Shown here: one piece after another, positions 1 through 12,090 of the stretch | Numbering within the stretch: position 1 is the first letter of the stretch | Layout: each line of letters opens with the position of its first letter | Origin: the human T2T-CHM13v2.0 reference genome, Homo sapiens | DNA: 64,000 bases | Assembly: GCF_009914755.1 (NCBI RefSeq) | Contig: NC_060932.1 | Direction: 5' to 3' (one strand) | Made by a program: the position numbers and the translations under genes | Notes under the pieces: model-generated | Database searches by the model: none | The model's input: the letters and a program-made list of their open reading frames with translations, nothing else | What the model was told of the DNA's origin: nothing

Positions 1-39
1 TAACAGATGAGGTTACAATATTTATCTTTTTCTTTAAAC

Positions 40-1010
40 TTTCCATTGAAATATATAGAAATAAGTAAAAATAAGCATGCAGATCAATAAGTTTTCATAC
101 ATTGAAAACAACCATATCAAAAAATAGAATATTAATAAGATCCCCAAAGCCCCTCTCAGTTCTGGTACCTACCCCTCATCCCTTCTCCAAAAGAAATGGG
201 TTGTAACTTCTAGCAGCCTACGTATTTTCTGTTTTGTTTCATTTTTTGTTTGTTGTTTCCTTTTAGTTATTCTGGTGGGTGTGTATTCGTATCACAGTGT
301 GGTTTAAATTTGCACTATTTTGATGACTTTTTGTGATTTATATTTGTCATTTGGATATCCTTTTTGTGAAAGGGCTATTCAAACCTTTTTCCATTTTTTT
401 TCTCTTGAGCTATCTTTCATTATTGAATTATATATTTTATAAATATACATTTATATATTTGTGTGCTTTATTTGTTTTGGAAATTAGTTATGTGCTAGAT
501 TGTTACATAATCCTATTTTGCAGTTTGGCACTCTCTTAATGCTATCTTTTTATGAAGATACATTTTTATTTTAATATAGTTTAATTTATTCATATTTTAA
601 ATAGTGGGTTTTTTGTGTTCCATCTTTTTCTACTTTTAGGTCATAAAGATATTCTGTTTACTTTTACTCTAAATACTCTAGATATTTGCTCTATACATTT
701 ATATGTGGAACCATCTAAAACTGTTTTTGTGTAGGGGGGTAGTATTTTGCCCTGTATGGTCTAAGACTCAACTGAGCAAATTCCATGTGAAAATCTGGCT
801 GCATATTTGAGAGCTCTCAAGTCTGCAACTTGTCATTTCAGCTCTACATGCTGCTCAAATTTTTCTAATTTTCCCCTCTGCCTAGGCCAAGGCCAAGTTT
901 CAATTTCTACCCAGACATAGCAGCAATCCTCAGCTCACTTAGGAACAGTCCTTGCCCTCTTTGGAATTCTAGTTCATTTGGACTTTACCCCTTCCATAGC
1001 CCTCAGATGC
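40..1010 (-). mobile_element. Ancient L1M/L1ME fragments
   Basis: T-rich tracts typical of antisense L1 ORF2/3' end (e.g. 'gtatcacagtgtggtttaaatttgcact', 'tatatttgtcatttggatatcctttttgtgaaag'); highly diverged, boundaries approximate. Confidence 0.6.
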
Positions 1011-1018
1011 TATATTGG

Positions 1019-1100
1019 TATCTATGTCTGTGTCTTTGCATGTATATATATATACACATATATATGTATATATCTTTCTACATCTATATATATATATTTA
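1019..1100. repeat. Degenerate (TA)n/(CATA)n low-complexity tract
   Basis: Seen directly: 'gtatatatatatacacatatatatgtatata...'. Confidence 0.85.
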
Positions 1101-1502
1101 CATTTATTTCTATTGTATTTCTAACTTCTCTGATATTTTATGACCTAGTACATACACTTGGAAGTGAAAATTTATACCTATTTTTTATTTCAAAATTGTT
1201 CCAATCAGATTAGCAGAATCATAGTTCCATAGATTATACCCATAAATATCCCTTAATGAATGCCTCACATGCACCACTAGCTTTAAAAACCCTGGGTAAA
1301 CTTACTGATTTATAATTTCTGGTTCAAACATATAAGAATGTCAAGAACATTTGAAAATGAGATAAGATTAATTTCTAAAAAGGATTATCTCTCTTTCCTA
1401 ATAGGCTTGGATTGGAAGGCATTCTGTGGCCTGGTCAGTAAAGTCTCAGGGGTCAGTTGTCCTTGAAATATGAGATATGAACACTGAGACAGAGAGGGTT
1501 TT

Positions 1503-1950
1503 TGTCTTGGTTTGGTTTTGCCCAAAAGTTGACCTAAGAAAAAGTCTTGTATGTATATAGTTTAGGTGAGAGATGATTCTGGAAATCCCAAATAAGGGTG
1601 GAGAGATTTTAGATCAGAAATTGTGAAAAAGTAATAAAGGATGCATTAATATATAGGTTACTACTCTGGCCATCAAAGTTCAATCTTACTGGAGACTAAT
1701 TTTAAAATGATGTAGAACATGACTGGTTCTTCATGTGTCCTGAGATTTTAATTCCTCTATATTTTCAGATTGTTCTTTAGTGCAGTTGAACAAGCTTTCA
1801 TAGTGCTGGAAGGAGCCTTTAGAAAAAGAAGAGAAACCTTGGTGCTTAAGATAGGATCCTGTCAGCATACCATACATTGTTCTTATTGGTGCTGCAGATC
1901 AGCTTTAAGGTGGGCTGAGATGTCAGCTCGGGCATCAATAGCATCTGCAC
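1503..1950 (-). mobile_element. ERVL-class LTR (LTR16/LTR33-like), 3' LTR of the adjacent provirus
   Basis: Starts 'tgtcttggtttggttttgcccaaaag', the reverse complement of a typical LTR16-family end; purine-rich PPT-like 'gaggggctgg' on the minus strand at ~1951-1960. Confidence 0.65.
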
Positions 1951-4830
1951 CCAGCCCCTCTACCACTCAGAGTCACTCATGCTTTACAGTGAGTCCATTC
2001 TGACGTTAATTAATCAAAATGGTTCCCTGCCATACTAAAAAAAAAAAAAAACCTTAAAATGAAAAGATTAATGGAGTTTACTGTGGTCTAAACAGTCTAA
2101 AGCTCATCCCAAGGGCATAATTAATCGTAATTATCATCTGCCTTCTCAGCTATTCATTCTAAATTTCTTCCAGACTCTGCCAGCACTTCAGTTGTAAACA
2201 TTGCTTTCATCATTTAGTGTGCCCAGACTCAGGTTACCTTGCTCTTTTCAGGTCACAGGTGACATAACAGTGCCTTTCCCATTATCAAGGGACATGGGAA
2301 TGCCAAGAAATATTCAGTATTTTGAGAGTTCCAGATATAGTCCTCTTTATACTCTCATTATTTTTCAGCAATCCTAGCTCTTTACAAAAATCAGAACCAA
2401 TTACTGCCACCAGTAAAGAAAAGCTATTTTGTTTTACCGCTTGTCTACTAGCATGAGGAACTCAAAACGACTTGGTGGTAATCATAGATTTAGATTTAGC
2501 AGAACACATACTGTGTCCATAATAGGAGCACTCATCACCATTGCCACCTCCCACCCACCTCCAGTGTTTCAGCACCTCTATTTTTATACATAGGTTAAAG
2601 TCTCAGGGATAGAAATCACAAATTTCCCAAGGGAGTCTCTGAGAGTAATGGTAAGAAAAGAAACCTGTGCATTTTACCTATTAGTTAGACAGTACTCTAT
2701 AAAGACCACTTGTTTAACAAACATACTCGGGGGACAGTGCTCTAAACCTACAGGGTGTTGTCCTCAAACTGAAGCCACAGCTGAATCTCTGAGAGTCTAT
2801 TCCAATTCTCTGTCATGCTGGTTGTATAAAGGCTATGAGTTACATGGAAGAATCAGTGGATCCACTGGTCATGGCCCGTTGTTGTACCTCCTGAGCTATA
2901 AAACGGCATCCTTGATATAATGCACTCATATTATTTGATCATCTCGTGTTGGTCAATCAAGAGTATAAGCCTCCTTTAAACTCCAAAATAGTTGTTCTAG
3001 CAAAGGAAATACCATTATCTAAGAAACGTCACTCTTTGTAAGTATAGATATTCCTCCATACAGAAGTAGTAGTAGCTAGATTAGCCTTTATGAGAGGGAG
3101 TCCATGATGTTGATCCCATGTGTAGTTTTCATTCCAGGATATGGTGTGTCTGACAACGGAAGCTAGCTGACATCCACTGAGTGAGACATGCTCTCCACCC
3201 GGTTGTTCAGGCGATGAGATGAGACAAAGATCTGCACAATTTTTGCCAAGTTTCATGTCTGCATTCACACACATTTCCCAGATACTCATGTCTCTGATCT
3301 TCTGATCTTTTTCTTTTCACCCCTTATTAATGACCAGCATCAGGGGTGAGCAAACATTTTATGTAAATGACCAAATAGCAAATATATTAAGCTTTGCAAG
3401 CCACCTGGTCTGGTTTGCAACTACTCGTCTCTGCCACAATAGTCCTCAAACAGCCATAGATAACACATAAACAAATGAGTGTGGCTGTGTTCCAATAAAA
3501 CTTGATTTACAAAAATAGGCAGCAGGCTAGATTTGGCCAATAGGCTAAATGGTAACCCCCAAATCACATCATTTTGCTAACCCTAGAAACACACCATTTA
3601 CCTCTGCTCATGTGTCTGTGTATATTGTTACCTCAGAGTCCCTTCTCCCTCTACATAAAGGAGATAACCACGTATACTACACCCAAGATTGCACTGCCCC
3701 ATCAGCTGGCTGTAGAAAAGAGGCCATAGTTAAGAAGCTGAGGGAGAATTATTGAATGCAAGAGTAGGTGGCTAAGGGGGGTTAGGCTGAGCCATTGGAC
3801 TGTCTTGTTCCTTATCAATGTACTAGTATCATGATATGATGAGTTGCTATTTTGCTTATTTGACATTATGCTTTGGTAGATTTGACAATATCTAGCTATT
3901 AATAGGAAGCTCTGGTTACACAATCACTGGATGTCCCATGGTCTGTTAGTTGTTTTTTGGATCTAGTTATGCTATTGGACATGGTTTTCAAATGGTAATT
4001 ATTATTTTTTCTTTTTTAACAGAAGGCATGTTCTTGATCCAGAAACCTAGGATACTCACTGTGACTCTTTTGTTGAGATTTCTCAGACATGCCAGCAGTT
4101 GTTCTTATCTAGCATGAATACTTTCAGTAGTATTGTATTCGATGGTCACATGGCCCAAGAAGCAGAGCAATTTGTACTATATGTTCAGTATGCTACAGAG
4201 TCCTGTCTTGGTCTGAACCCCACTCAAACTAGGTATTGTTTCAAGTAACCTGATAAACAGGTCAAAGAAACATTCCTAAGGTAGTTTGTACTACCTTCTA
4301 AATCCAAGGAGGTCTACTAGGTGCTATTCCTCCTTGTTAATGGTAAACAATACAACATGCAAAGCAAAATATATTTTCTCTTAGAAAGCTATCTTGGTGT
4401 GCCCCTGACTAAAGAACTCCTAAAAACTTTATTGATATGGTGGACTTCTTAATCTTTGTAGTGTTTATATTCATTCCCAGTACATATGTGTTTCACTAGT
4501 CACCAGTGTATCCAGAGTATTGCTACTTCTTGATCACTAGATGATAAACGTAATGTCATGAATAAACGGGCCAACATGATGTTCCATGGAATATCAAGAA
4601 AACTAAGTTCCCTTCAGGTTGTATTATAATGCAAATTTCATGGTAATATAGATTTGAAGCAATATATTGACTGTGTACTATTGTCCTTTCCAGGTGTATG
4701 TGAACTGCTTTGTATTTCCTTAGTAATGGGAATTGAAAAAACACAAATATCAGATTAATAGTCACAAACCAACTTCAAGAGACTGTGTTGAACTGTGTTA
4801 GTAAAGATCATGTATATTCAACACAATAGC
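1951..4830 (-). mobile_element. Decayed ERVL internal region (RT-RNaseH-integrase-dUTPase remnants; HERV16/ERV3-16A3-like)
   Basis: Minus-strand translation gives 'WDQHHGLPLIKANLATTTS' (ERVL 'WAQQHGLPLTKADLATA'), a degenerate YIDD context near 4540-4610 and a dUTPase-like segment near 2400-2530; many stops and frameshifts. Confidence 0.8.
3341..3560 (-). mobile_element. MER58A (hAT-Charlie MITE) nested in ERVL
   Basis: 'caggggtgagcaaac...gtggctgtgttccaataaaacttgatttacaaaaataggc...aacccc' matches reverse-complement MER58A. Confidence 0.85.
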
Positions 4831-5194
4831 TTCAAGAATGGCTACCACTCAGTGCACCGTCATCTACCACAATTTCTTTCAGCATTATTTGTTTACCATT
4901 TGTTTCCCTTATGTTAGGATGTCATGAATGTTTTCTGGAATTTTAATATAGCTACTTTACTGAAATATTTTATAAACCCATAGGATTTTCAGTTAATTCC
5001 TTTTAATTTTTAAGTATTCAATCTTATCTTTTGCAGATAATATCTTGTCTCTTTCTTTCATATATACATATATACTGTTTTATGTCTCAATGTATTTGCA
5101 GAATGACTAAAACAACATTAATGACTAATGACAACAGTAGCTGCCCTTCTGTAATTAGCCACTATAAAGTAAATAGTATCACCAGTAAGCATAA

Positions 5195-5263
5195 CACTGC
5201 ACTTCAGCCTGGACAACAGAGTGAGACCCTGTCTCAAAAAATAAATAAATAAAAATAAATAAA
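5195..5263 (+). mobile_element. Alu 3' end fragment with (TAAA)n tail
   Basis: 'actgcacttcagcctggacaacagagtgagaccctgtctcaaaaaataaataaat'. Confidence 0.85.
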
Positions 5264-6949
5264 TTATCAATATATTTATTAATTTGCTAGGCCAAAACAG
5301 TTTTTAGCAATTGAAAATTCACAAATAAGTGAGACAAAAAAAATTAAGTATGAATTGCCAAATAGAAGATAAACTCTTGCCTGAAGATTCATAGTTAGAG
5401 ACCTTGGGAAAAAGTAATTCTTTTGAGAAATCCAACTTTCCATGTTTTGAACTACTAATACAAAAAAAAAAAAAAAAAAACTCCACTAAGGAAACTTCAG
5501 ATATGCAATTTTTAAAACAAAACATAAATAATAACTCAAATTAATGCAAAAGTCTTGATTTATTATGATAACATTTATGGTCTTGATATCAAATATATAC
5601 CTGCATGGTGGATTGGAAGTGTATGCTCTCATAAAATCAATGTATGATATCAGAAAGATATTTTAGAATGAAATTTTTTGATTGTATATCTATTTTTAGT
5701 GTATATTATCAAAGAGAAATACAGAAATGTTTGTAGGGGATAGTGTGATCATGGATTTTGACTTGAAATATGACAAATATAAAAGTGAATGGTGAAGTGT
5801 TTAATGACAAAACAAATGAAATTTAATATATTTGACACGATTTTAAACTTGTTCAATATAATACATTGAGGGTATTATTAATGCAATTATGAAAATTACA
5901 TGTTTATGTGTTAGGCGAAGGATATATCAAATTGCATGAATTAATTTCAGCTTTTGCTCTTCCGTGACTGCTTTGGCAATATCATAGAGGCCATGGAGCC
6001 TGTTTGTTTCTCAGAGATATTCTGGTAACAAAGGAACAGAAAAAAAATGAAAAATGATGTTGGCTATCCAGTAGGAGGTCATCTCCACTTTGTTTCAGTT
6101 TTTATTTTCTCCAGAGGAGAAATGAGAACAAACAGAAGAGAAAAAAATTAAATCTCTCCACTTGTTGGTGGGCAAAATATTTTCTTTTGTGTAACAGTTC
6201 ATGTGTTTTGGGCCCCTTTCATTTGGAAATGTTACAGGATATTTCAATTCCATTTGATCTGTTGGGTGGTTAGGATATCAACCATCGGTTGGTGGCTTGG
6301 ATAACAACTACTAACATACCCTGGATGCTGTGCCTACTCCCCCAGAGGGAAATTTGTGGTCTGGGTCATGCTCACCAGCTGCAGCCAAAATGCGTCAGTC
6401 TGATGAATGATTGAAGCAGGTCTTCAGAACCTCCCCAAACCTCTACTTGAAGCAAAATCGGTGGGCTACACTGATATAAATATAGCACTTATTGGTCCCT
6501 GTACGTCCTATGTGCTAATCCAGCAAATGGAAATGAGTAGGAATATACAGATTTTGTCCTGCCTGGTGCCAGGGAAGACTGGGCTAGAGGGAGGAACCCA
6601 CAGCGCTCAATAGACTCTTGTTCTTCTGCTGTGATATCCACAATCACTTTTGTGGAAAATAGTCATGGAAATATGAAAGTCACAAGAAACATTTCCTAAT
6701 CTGAATTCTTCTCCCTTCCACTTAAGCTTTTGTCCACTGAGGAGAAAAATGTTTCTTAGTTTTGCATAAATTACATACTTCCCTCTGCAAGAAGACAAAT
6801 TCAAGGAGGCATGAGATGGAACTCTTTGTTCATAGCATCCAACAGAGCCAGGGGTTACCAGAGTATAAATAACTCAACTCTCAATTCCTGGACACTGGAT
6901 TCTGATACCTCTTAGTGATTTATGAATCACTTTTTATGCAGTGATGAGA

Positions 6950-7120
6950 TGACAGTAATTAAAAGCTGTATCTGGGAGACAGACCTGGGCTTTATTATAA
7001 CCCTACCACTTATTACTTTATTACTACCCTACCAGGTGTCTTGACTTCTCTAATCTCAGTTTTCTGAGTAAAAATGAAGATTATCACTGCTACTGTGAAG
7101 ATAAAATGAGATTGTATACA
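6950..7120 (+). mobile_element. MIR fragment
   Basis: MIR core-like 'gacttctctaatctcagttttctgagtaaaaatgaagat...gtgaagataaaatgagat'. Confidence 0.6.
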
Positions 7121-7124
7121 AACT

Positions 7125-7250
7125 GGTTAATTATGTATCCAATGTGTTTTTATTAATCCCTATTAAATGTTATGCATGGGGCTCAGTGCTTGAGATATAC
7201 CAGTGAACAACACAGTCTCAAACCATGCTTATATTGTGCTTAAAGTCTAA
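7125..7250 (-). mobile_element. L2 3' end fragment
   Basis: 'cagtgcttgagatataccagtgaacaacacag...gcttaaagtcta', resembling antisense L2 tail. Confidence 0.5.
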
Positions 7251-7277
7251 CACAATCCTTGACATAAATTAGGTCCA

Positions 7278-8165
7278 TAGTAGTCAAGACTTCTTTAGCT
7301 GCAAGTAACAGACATCCACTCTTAGCTAATTTAGGCCAAAATTGGGAAAATTATTAGATCATTGTGAAGAAACAAAAAAGATTATCCAGTTTATGGCCTT
7401 GGAAGCTCACATTACCTGATCACAAACAGGAGGAGCTGCACTCAAACTTAATTCTCCAGGAGTGGTGTGTAGATGGGATTTATTCTCTACAACTCAAATC
7501 CAGACTTCATACAAAGTTGCCAGACAACCTCTCAGACCCCACAAAGCTGGCATCTAGGTTCTGAGTGCTAGGTACCTGAGCCTTTAATGTTTATTCTCCA
7601 TACAAGACTATTCTCTTGCTTGTAGGAGATCAGTGACTCTCTCCTGGAGCAGAGATCGTCAGTGCCCAACATACCCACAGCCTCTGTACACATTTCCATG
7701 GGATGATAAGAGAGCAAAGAGTCCCACACCTCTTCTTGTAAAGCACAGGCTTTGAAGGTTTCTCAATTAAACATCCCCCATTTCACATGCAGTTGTGGCA
7801 TTATCTGTCCCCCAATATATTACACTCACATAACCCACCCACAGAAAGGGCAGCAGTAGAATCAGCCTCATGGATGTCTGGATGTAGGGATGCTTTACTT
7901 TTTCTCATTTTATATTGTTTTCTCATCATTACTCCTTTCTGTCTCTTAGCTTTATCTTCTAAGACCCTGGCTGTCCACTTGAGCCTGAACTATGGTTGTA
8001 AGTGCCACCAAGCTTATATCCCTAGAACCCTATACCAAAAAGTAAGTAGAGAGAGTTCTTTTCCATTAGTTCTGATTATAATGAAAAATTGTGAGTAGGT
8101 ACTCTTACAAAACTTGGGTTATGTGCCAATACCTGGATCAGTTACTGTGTTCAGGGAGCAATCAT
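7278..8165 (-). mobile_element. Old MaLR LTR pieces (MLT1J/K-like), fragmented and interrupted
   Basis: 'tagtcaagacttctttagctgcaagtaacagacatccactcttagctaatttagg' and 'ttgggttatgtgccaatacctggatcagttactgtg'. Confidence 0.5.
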
Positions 8166-8209
8166 TGGAGGCACCCAATTTTGGATGCCCTGACTTATAT
8201 TTCTTTAGC

Positions 8210-8540
8210 TGTTCATTCAACAAATACTAAGTGCCTATCATGAACAAAGCACTGTGAGAGGACCTGGGGATACAAATGCAGAGAATTAGTGGCTGCTATC
8301 CTCAAGTAACCCACTATCTAGTTGGGAAAGAAATAGTGCTATGTATTGAAACTTAGTAATGTGCCAGGCCATCTTATTATGCATGTCACTAACCTTCAAA
8401 AAATTCTGTGGAATAGCTTTGTTATCACCTTTCAACAGAAAAACGAATGGAAGCTTTGAGTGAGACCATCATTAGCAGCTACATATTGAGAACCTGTTAT
8501 GTGCTAGGTAGGTTCCTAGCTCTAGGGATTGGAGGTAAAC
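8210..8540 (-). mobile_element. L2 and MIR fragments
   Basis: 'ttcattcaacaaatactaagtgcctatcatg' (L2 tail, antisense); 'atgtgccaggcc...cttcaaaaaattctgtgg' (MIR, antisense). Confidence 0.6.
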
Positions 8541-9671
8541 AGATTAAATAACTTACTTCAGTTGTTGTAGTTAGTTCTTTTTTTTATATACATACCTTCC
8601 TGACACCATGGTTTTGTACCTTTTAGAATTGACACAATTAATCATTCTACGTGTCATTAAAATGTTGTTACCGTGGAGACATTAGAGAAAATGGCAGAGC
8701 CACGCTTTGAACCCTGATTTGTTCAGTTCCACTACACCGTGGGTCACTGTGTCATGATCTTCCCCCTGAAAAGACTCTAATAAAAAGTATTTATACTTTG
8801 CACACGATTGCTAACTTTCTGTTCAATATATCTTTTTAAAGTATACCTTTAGGTCAATGGAAAAAATCATGAAAATAACCCTATTTTACTGAACACCTGG
8901 ACAAGATATTTTTAATTAAGAAGATCAGTTCAAACCAGCCATTCTTATTTCAATACATTATCTCTTTCATTTTAACTAATTCAAGATCAGTTTGAAGATC
9001 AGATAGAAATTCAGTTTTCTCAGATTTCACCTCCAAATCATGACAACTGCCCTCCCCCAAAGCTCCACATACAGGGTCTTGTGGCCTTGCTCCTGAATGC
9101 TTAGAGATGTGGCAATAGTGAGAGGTATAAAGAAAGCAGTGGGGAGGTTTCAGTCCTCTTTTATCAGGTAAAAAGGAGTACCAGAATGAAAGACTTAATT
9201 AAAAGATTACAAAGAGATTTTTAAAAGCGAGGCTGTACCATAGGACACAGCACTAGGATAAGGATGAAGAAGTAGTACAGCTATCGCCCTGACAGAGAAA
9301 AAACAACAACAACAAAAATTTAGCCTCAGATTCAACTAAAAAACCTTTTCAGAGAATGTAATTATAAGTGATGAAAACATGTTGTATATATTTGTCCAAT
9401 TGCCTGGTAACAACTTCAAGGGCTCAGGCTGTCTAAATCACTTTTTGGAACAAAGGGTGGGTAGAAATAAATGAATCAAATATGGTATAAGGATTAAACA
9501 AGAGTCCCTTGACGGGTTTAGTGACAACATTTAGGTACCATTTTCTTCTTGTCCCCTCTTTAATTTAAAAATAGCACAGAATTGCACATGTTAATATGTC
9601 ACGCTGTGTGCTCATAAATTGGCATTGAGTCTTTCAATACCTTCTGAAAACAAAAATCCTAGAACTCTGCT

Positions 9672-9685
9672 GTTTCTATGGCAAC
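9672..9685. promoter_or_regulatory. Candidate RFX X-box motif
   Basis: GTTTCTATGGCAAC, one mismatch from the X-box consensus GTTNCCATGGNAAC, in non-repeat sequence with several retained CpGs; function untested. Confidence 0.35.
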
Positions 9686-9967
9686 CGCATTTTAAGAAGG
9701 TGAAGTTTCCAGTTTGATAGAGCCAAAAGGCTCTATTAACGTCAGGTTTCAACGATTCTGAAACCGTGGTGTCAGGAGGAGTCAATACAACACACGAGAT
9801 TCAGATTGACCCCACTCGGCATTATTTTTCTGCTCGAATAAAGTCTAAAAGCCAATAAAATAAATTATTTAAATGGTAATTATTTTACTATAATCCAATA
9901 TCATGTGACATTAATACTAACAATATGTAGATTGAAATTCTAATGGCAAACATGAAGAAATGTTAGA

Positions 9968-10280
9968 ACATCATTCTCAGCAAACTAACACAGGAACAGA
10001 AAACCAAACACCGCATGTTCTCACTCGTAAAAAGGAGTTGAACAATGAGAATACATGGACACAAGGAGGGAAACATCACACACCAGGGCCTGTTTGGGGG
10101 GTGAGGGGAAAAGGGAGGGAGAGCATCAGGACAAATACCAAATGCATGTGGAGCTTAAAACCTAGATGTTGGGTTGATGGGTGCAGCAAATCACCATGGC
10201 ACATGTATACCTATGTAACAAACCTGCAGGTTCTGCACATGTATTCCGGAACTTAAAGTATAATTTACAAAATAAAAAAA
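9968..10280 (+). mobile_element. 5'-truncated L1PA 3' end (roughly L1PA8-11)
   Basis: 'catcattctcagcaaactaacacaggaacagaaaaccaaacaccgcatgttctcactc...tgtatacctatgtaacaaacctgca...aacttaaagtataat' plus A-tail. Confidence 0.92.
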
Positions 10281-10285
10281 TTAGA

Positions 10286-10571
10286 GGCCAGGTGTGGTGG
10301 CTCACACCTGTAATCCCAGCATTTTGGGAGACCCAGGTGGGCAGATTACCTGAAGTCAGGAGTTCAAGGCCAGCCTGGCCAACATGGTGAAACCCTGTCT
10401 CTACAAAAATACAAAAAGTAGCCGAGCATGATGGTGAGTGCCTGTAATCCCAGCTACTCAGGAGGCTGAGGCAGGAGAATCGCTTGAACCCAGGAGGCAA
10501 ACGTCGCAGTGAGCCAAGATAGCGCCACTGCACTCCATCCTAGGTGACAGAGAGAGACTCCGTCTCAAAAA

Positions 10572-10606
<35 letters not shown>

Positions 10607-10622
10607 AAATAAAATAAAAAAG
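10286..10622 (+). mobile_element. AluS, full length, with (TAAA)n tail, inserted at the L1 tail
   Basis: Complete dimer 'ggccaggtgtggtggctcacacctgtaatcccagc...gagactccgtctc'. Confidence 0.96.
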
Positions 10623-10857
10623 AACTGGAACCAAAAATCTTTACCTAATACATTTCATTGCACGAAATCTGATAGTGGTTATTTGGCTTCATACAAAGAA
10701 TAATGTAGTATTATTAATATCACCTGCTCCCCTGTACTCCAAGATCCACAAAGAGTCTAAAATAAAATTTGAATTTAGAAAGAAAAAAAAAACAGAAATA
10801 TTTTGTAAAAGAGATATGCTCTGGTCCGGGAATAAAAAGACATTCCAATTGAGCATG

Positions 10858-11099
10858 GTATATTAATTTGCCAGGGCTCTTGTAACAAAGTACTACAAAC
10901 TTGGTGGCTTAACAACAGAAGTGTATTAACTCACAATTCTGGAAGCTAAAAGTCAAGATGTTGGCACGGCTGGCTCCTTCTTGAAAGCTGTAAAAGGTAA
11001 TTGAGTCCACGCTTCTCTAGTAACCTCTGCTGATTTTCTGACAATCTTTGGTGTTCTATGGTTTGTAGACATATCACTCCAATGTCTGCCTTATATTCA

Positions 11100-11136
<37 letters not shown>

Positions 11137-11290
11137 CCAAATTTCAACATTGTGTAAGAACAGCAGCCGTGTTGGAGCAGGGTTCACTCTGCTCCAGGAT
11201 GACCTCATCTTAACTAATTACAACTCTAAGTCCAAATGAGGTCACTTTCTGAGGCACTCCAGGGTAAGATTTCAACATATAAATTCAATA
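10858..11290 (-). mobile_element. MaLR solo LTR (MLT1B/C-like)
   Basis: 'gccagggctcttgtaacaaagtactacaaacttggtggcttaacaacagaa...gacctcatcttaactaattaca...gaggtcactttctgagg'. Confidence 0.85.
11103..11135. repeat. (GT)n microsatellite, ~16 units
   Basis: Seen directly. Confidence 0.97.
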
Positions 11291-11389
11291 CATAGTGCAC
11301 AGATTCTATTTCATCCCTGAGCTAAGTGTACCACATTCATTATCTCCTTCAATCCTCACAGTAATACTGTGACTAGAAGATTAAGTGAC

Positions 11390-11552
11390 ATAAATATTCT
11401 CAAATTTTACTGTGCTTAGGCATCAGTGGGTTATCTTTTTAAAATGCAGATCCAATTCAACAGGTTGGGGTTGGAGTCTGGCATTCTGTATTTCTAACAG
11501 TTCCCAGGTTAAGTTCATGACGCTGCTTGCAGAACCCGATGAGCAGCAAGGA
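11390..11552. mobile_element. MER5A/B (hAT-Charlie MITE) splitting a MIR (MIR ~11295-11620, minus strand)
   Basis: 'ttaaaatgcagatccaattcaacaggttggggttggagtctggcattctgtatttctaacagttcccagg'; MIR-like sequence on both sides. Confidence 0.75.
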
Positions 11553-11877
11553 CTGACACAGTTGTGAATGAAGGCCCTAATTCTGAAGCCCAAGACATTT
11601 CTACTATAGCATTCTACCCCTCAAAAGAAGGAGAAAGGAGAAAAAAAATAAATAGAAAGAATAAAAGAGGAGAATAAGAGAGATGAAAAAGATTAGGAAT
11701 ATGACATAGAAATTTTTTATCTAGCGCAATTTAAAAAACACAATGGAATCAATCATCCAAAAAAGAATAAGAAACATTGATATCTTTTTCCAAATGTAAA
11801 GTAACTACATGGCACCCAAGAATGTGGCTAGATACTTTACTAAGACACTGAGACTTTATTTCTTATATAATCTCTAA

Positions 11878-12090
11878 AGAGATCAGCAAATGTCTTCCTT
11901 AAAGGGGCATATAGTAAATATTGTAGATTTTGTTGGCCACAAACCACAATCAAGGCAATTATGTGGGTATTGATATAACTATTTAAAATGTGAGCATCTA
12001 AACCATTCTTAGCTCACAGGCTATCCAGAAAATAAAACAAAAAAGAACAGAACAAAACAAAACAGAAAAAACAGGTGGCTTATTGACCAC
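11878..12090 (-). mobile_element. MER58B/C-like hAT MITE
   Basis: 'cagcaaatgtcttccttaaaggggcatatagtaaatattgtagattttgttggccac...aaccattcttagctcacaggcta'. Confidence 0.7.

Noticed and set aside
5280-5990. AT-rich stretch resembling an old DNA transposon interior
   Set aside because: No termini or motif that I can identify with confidence
10162-10533. Alu-derived ORFs (also 25991-26320, 30838-31185, 34222-34470)
   Set aside because: Typical spurious Alu translations such as '[10 protein letters not shown]' and '[10 protein letters not shown]'
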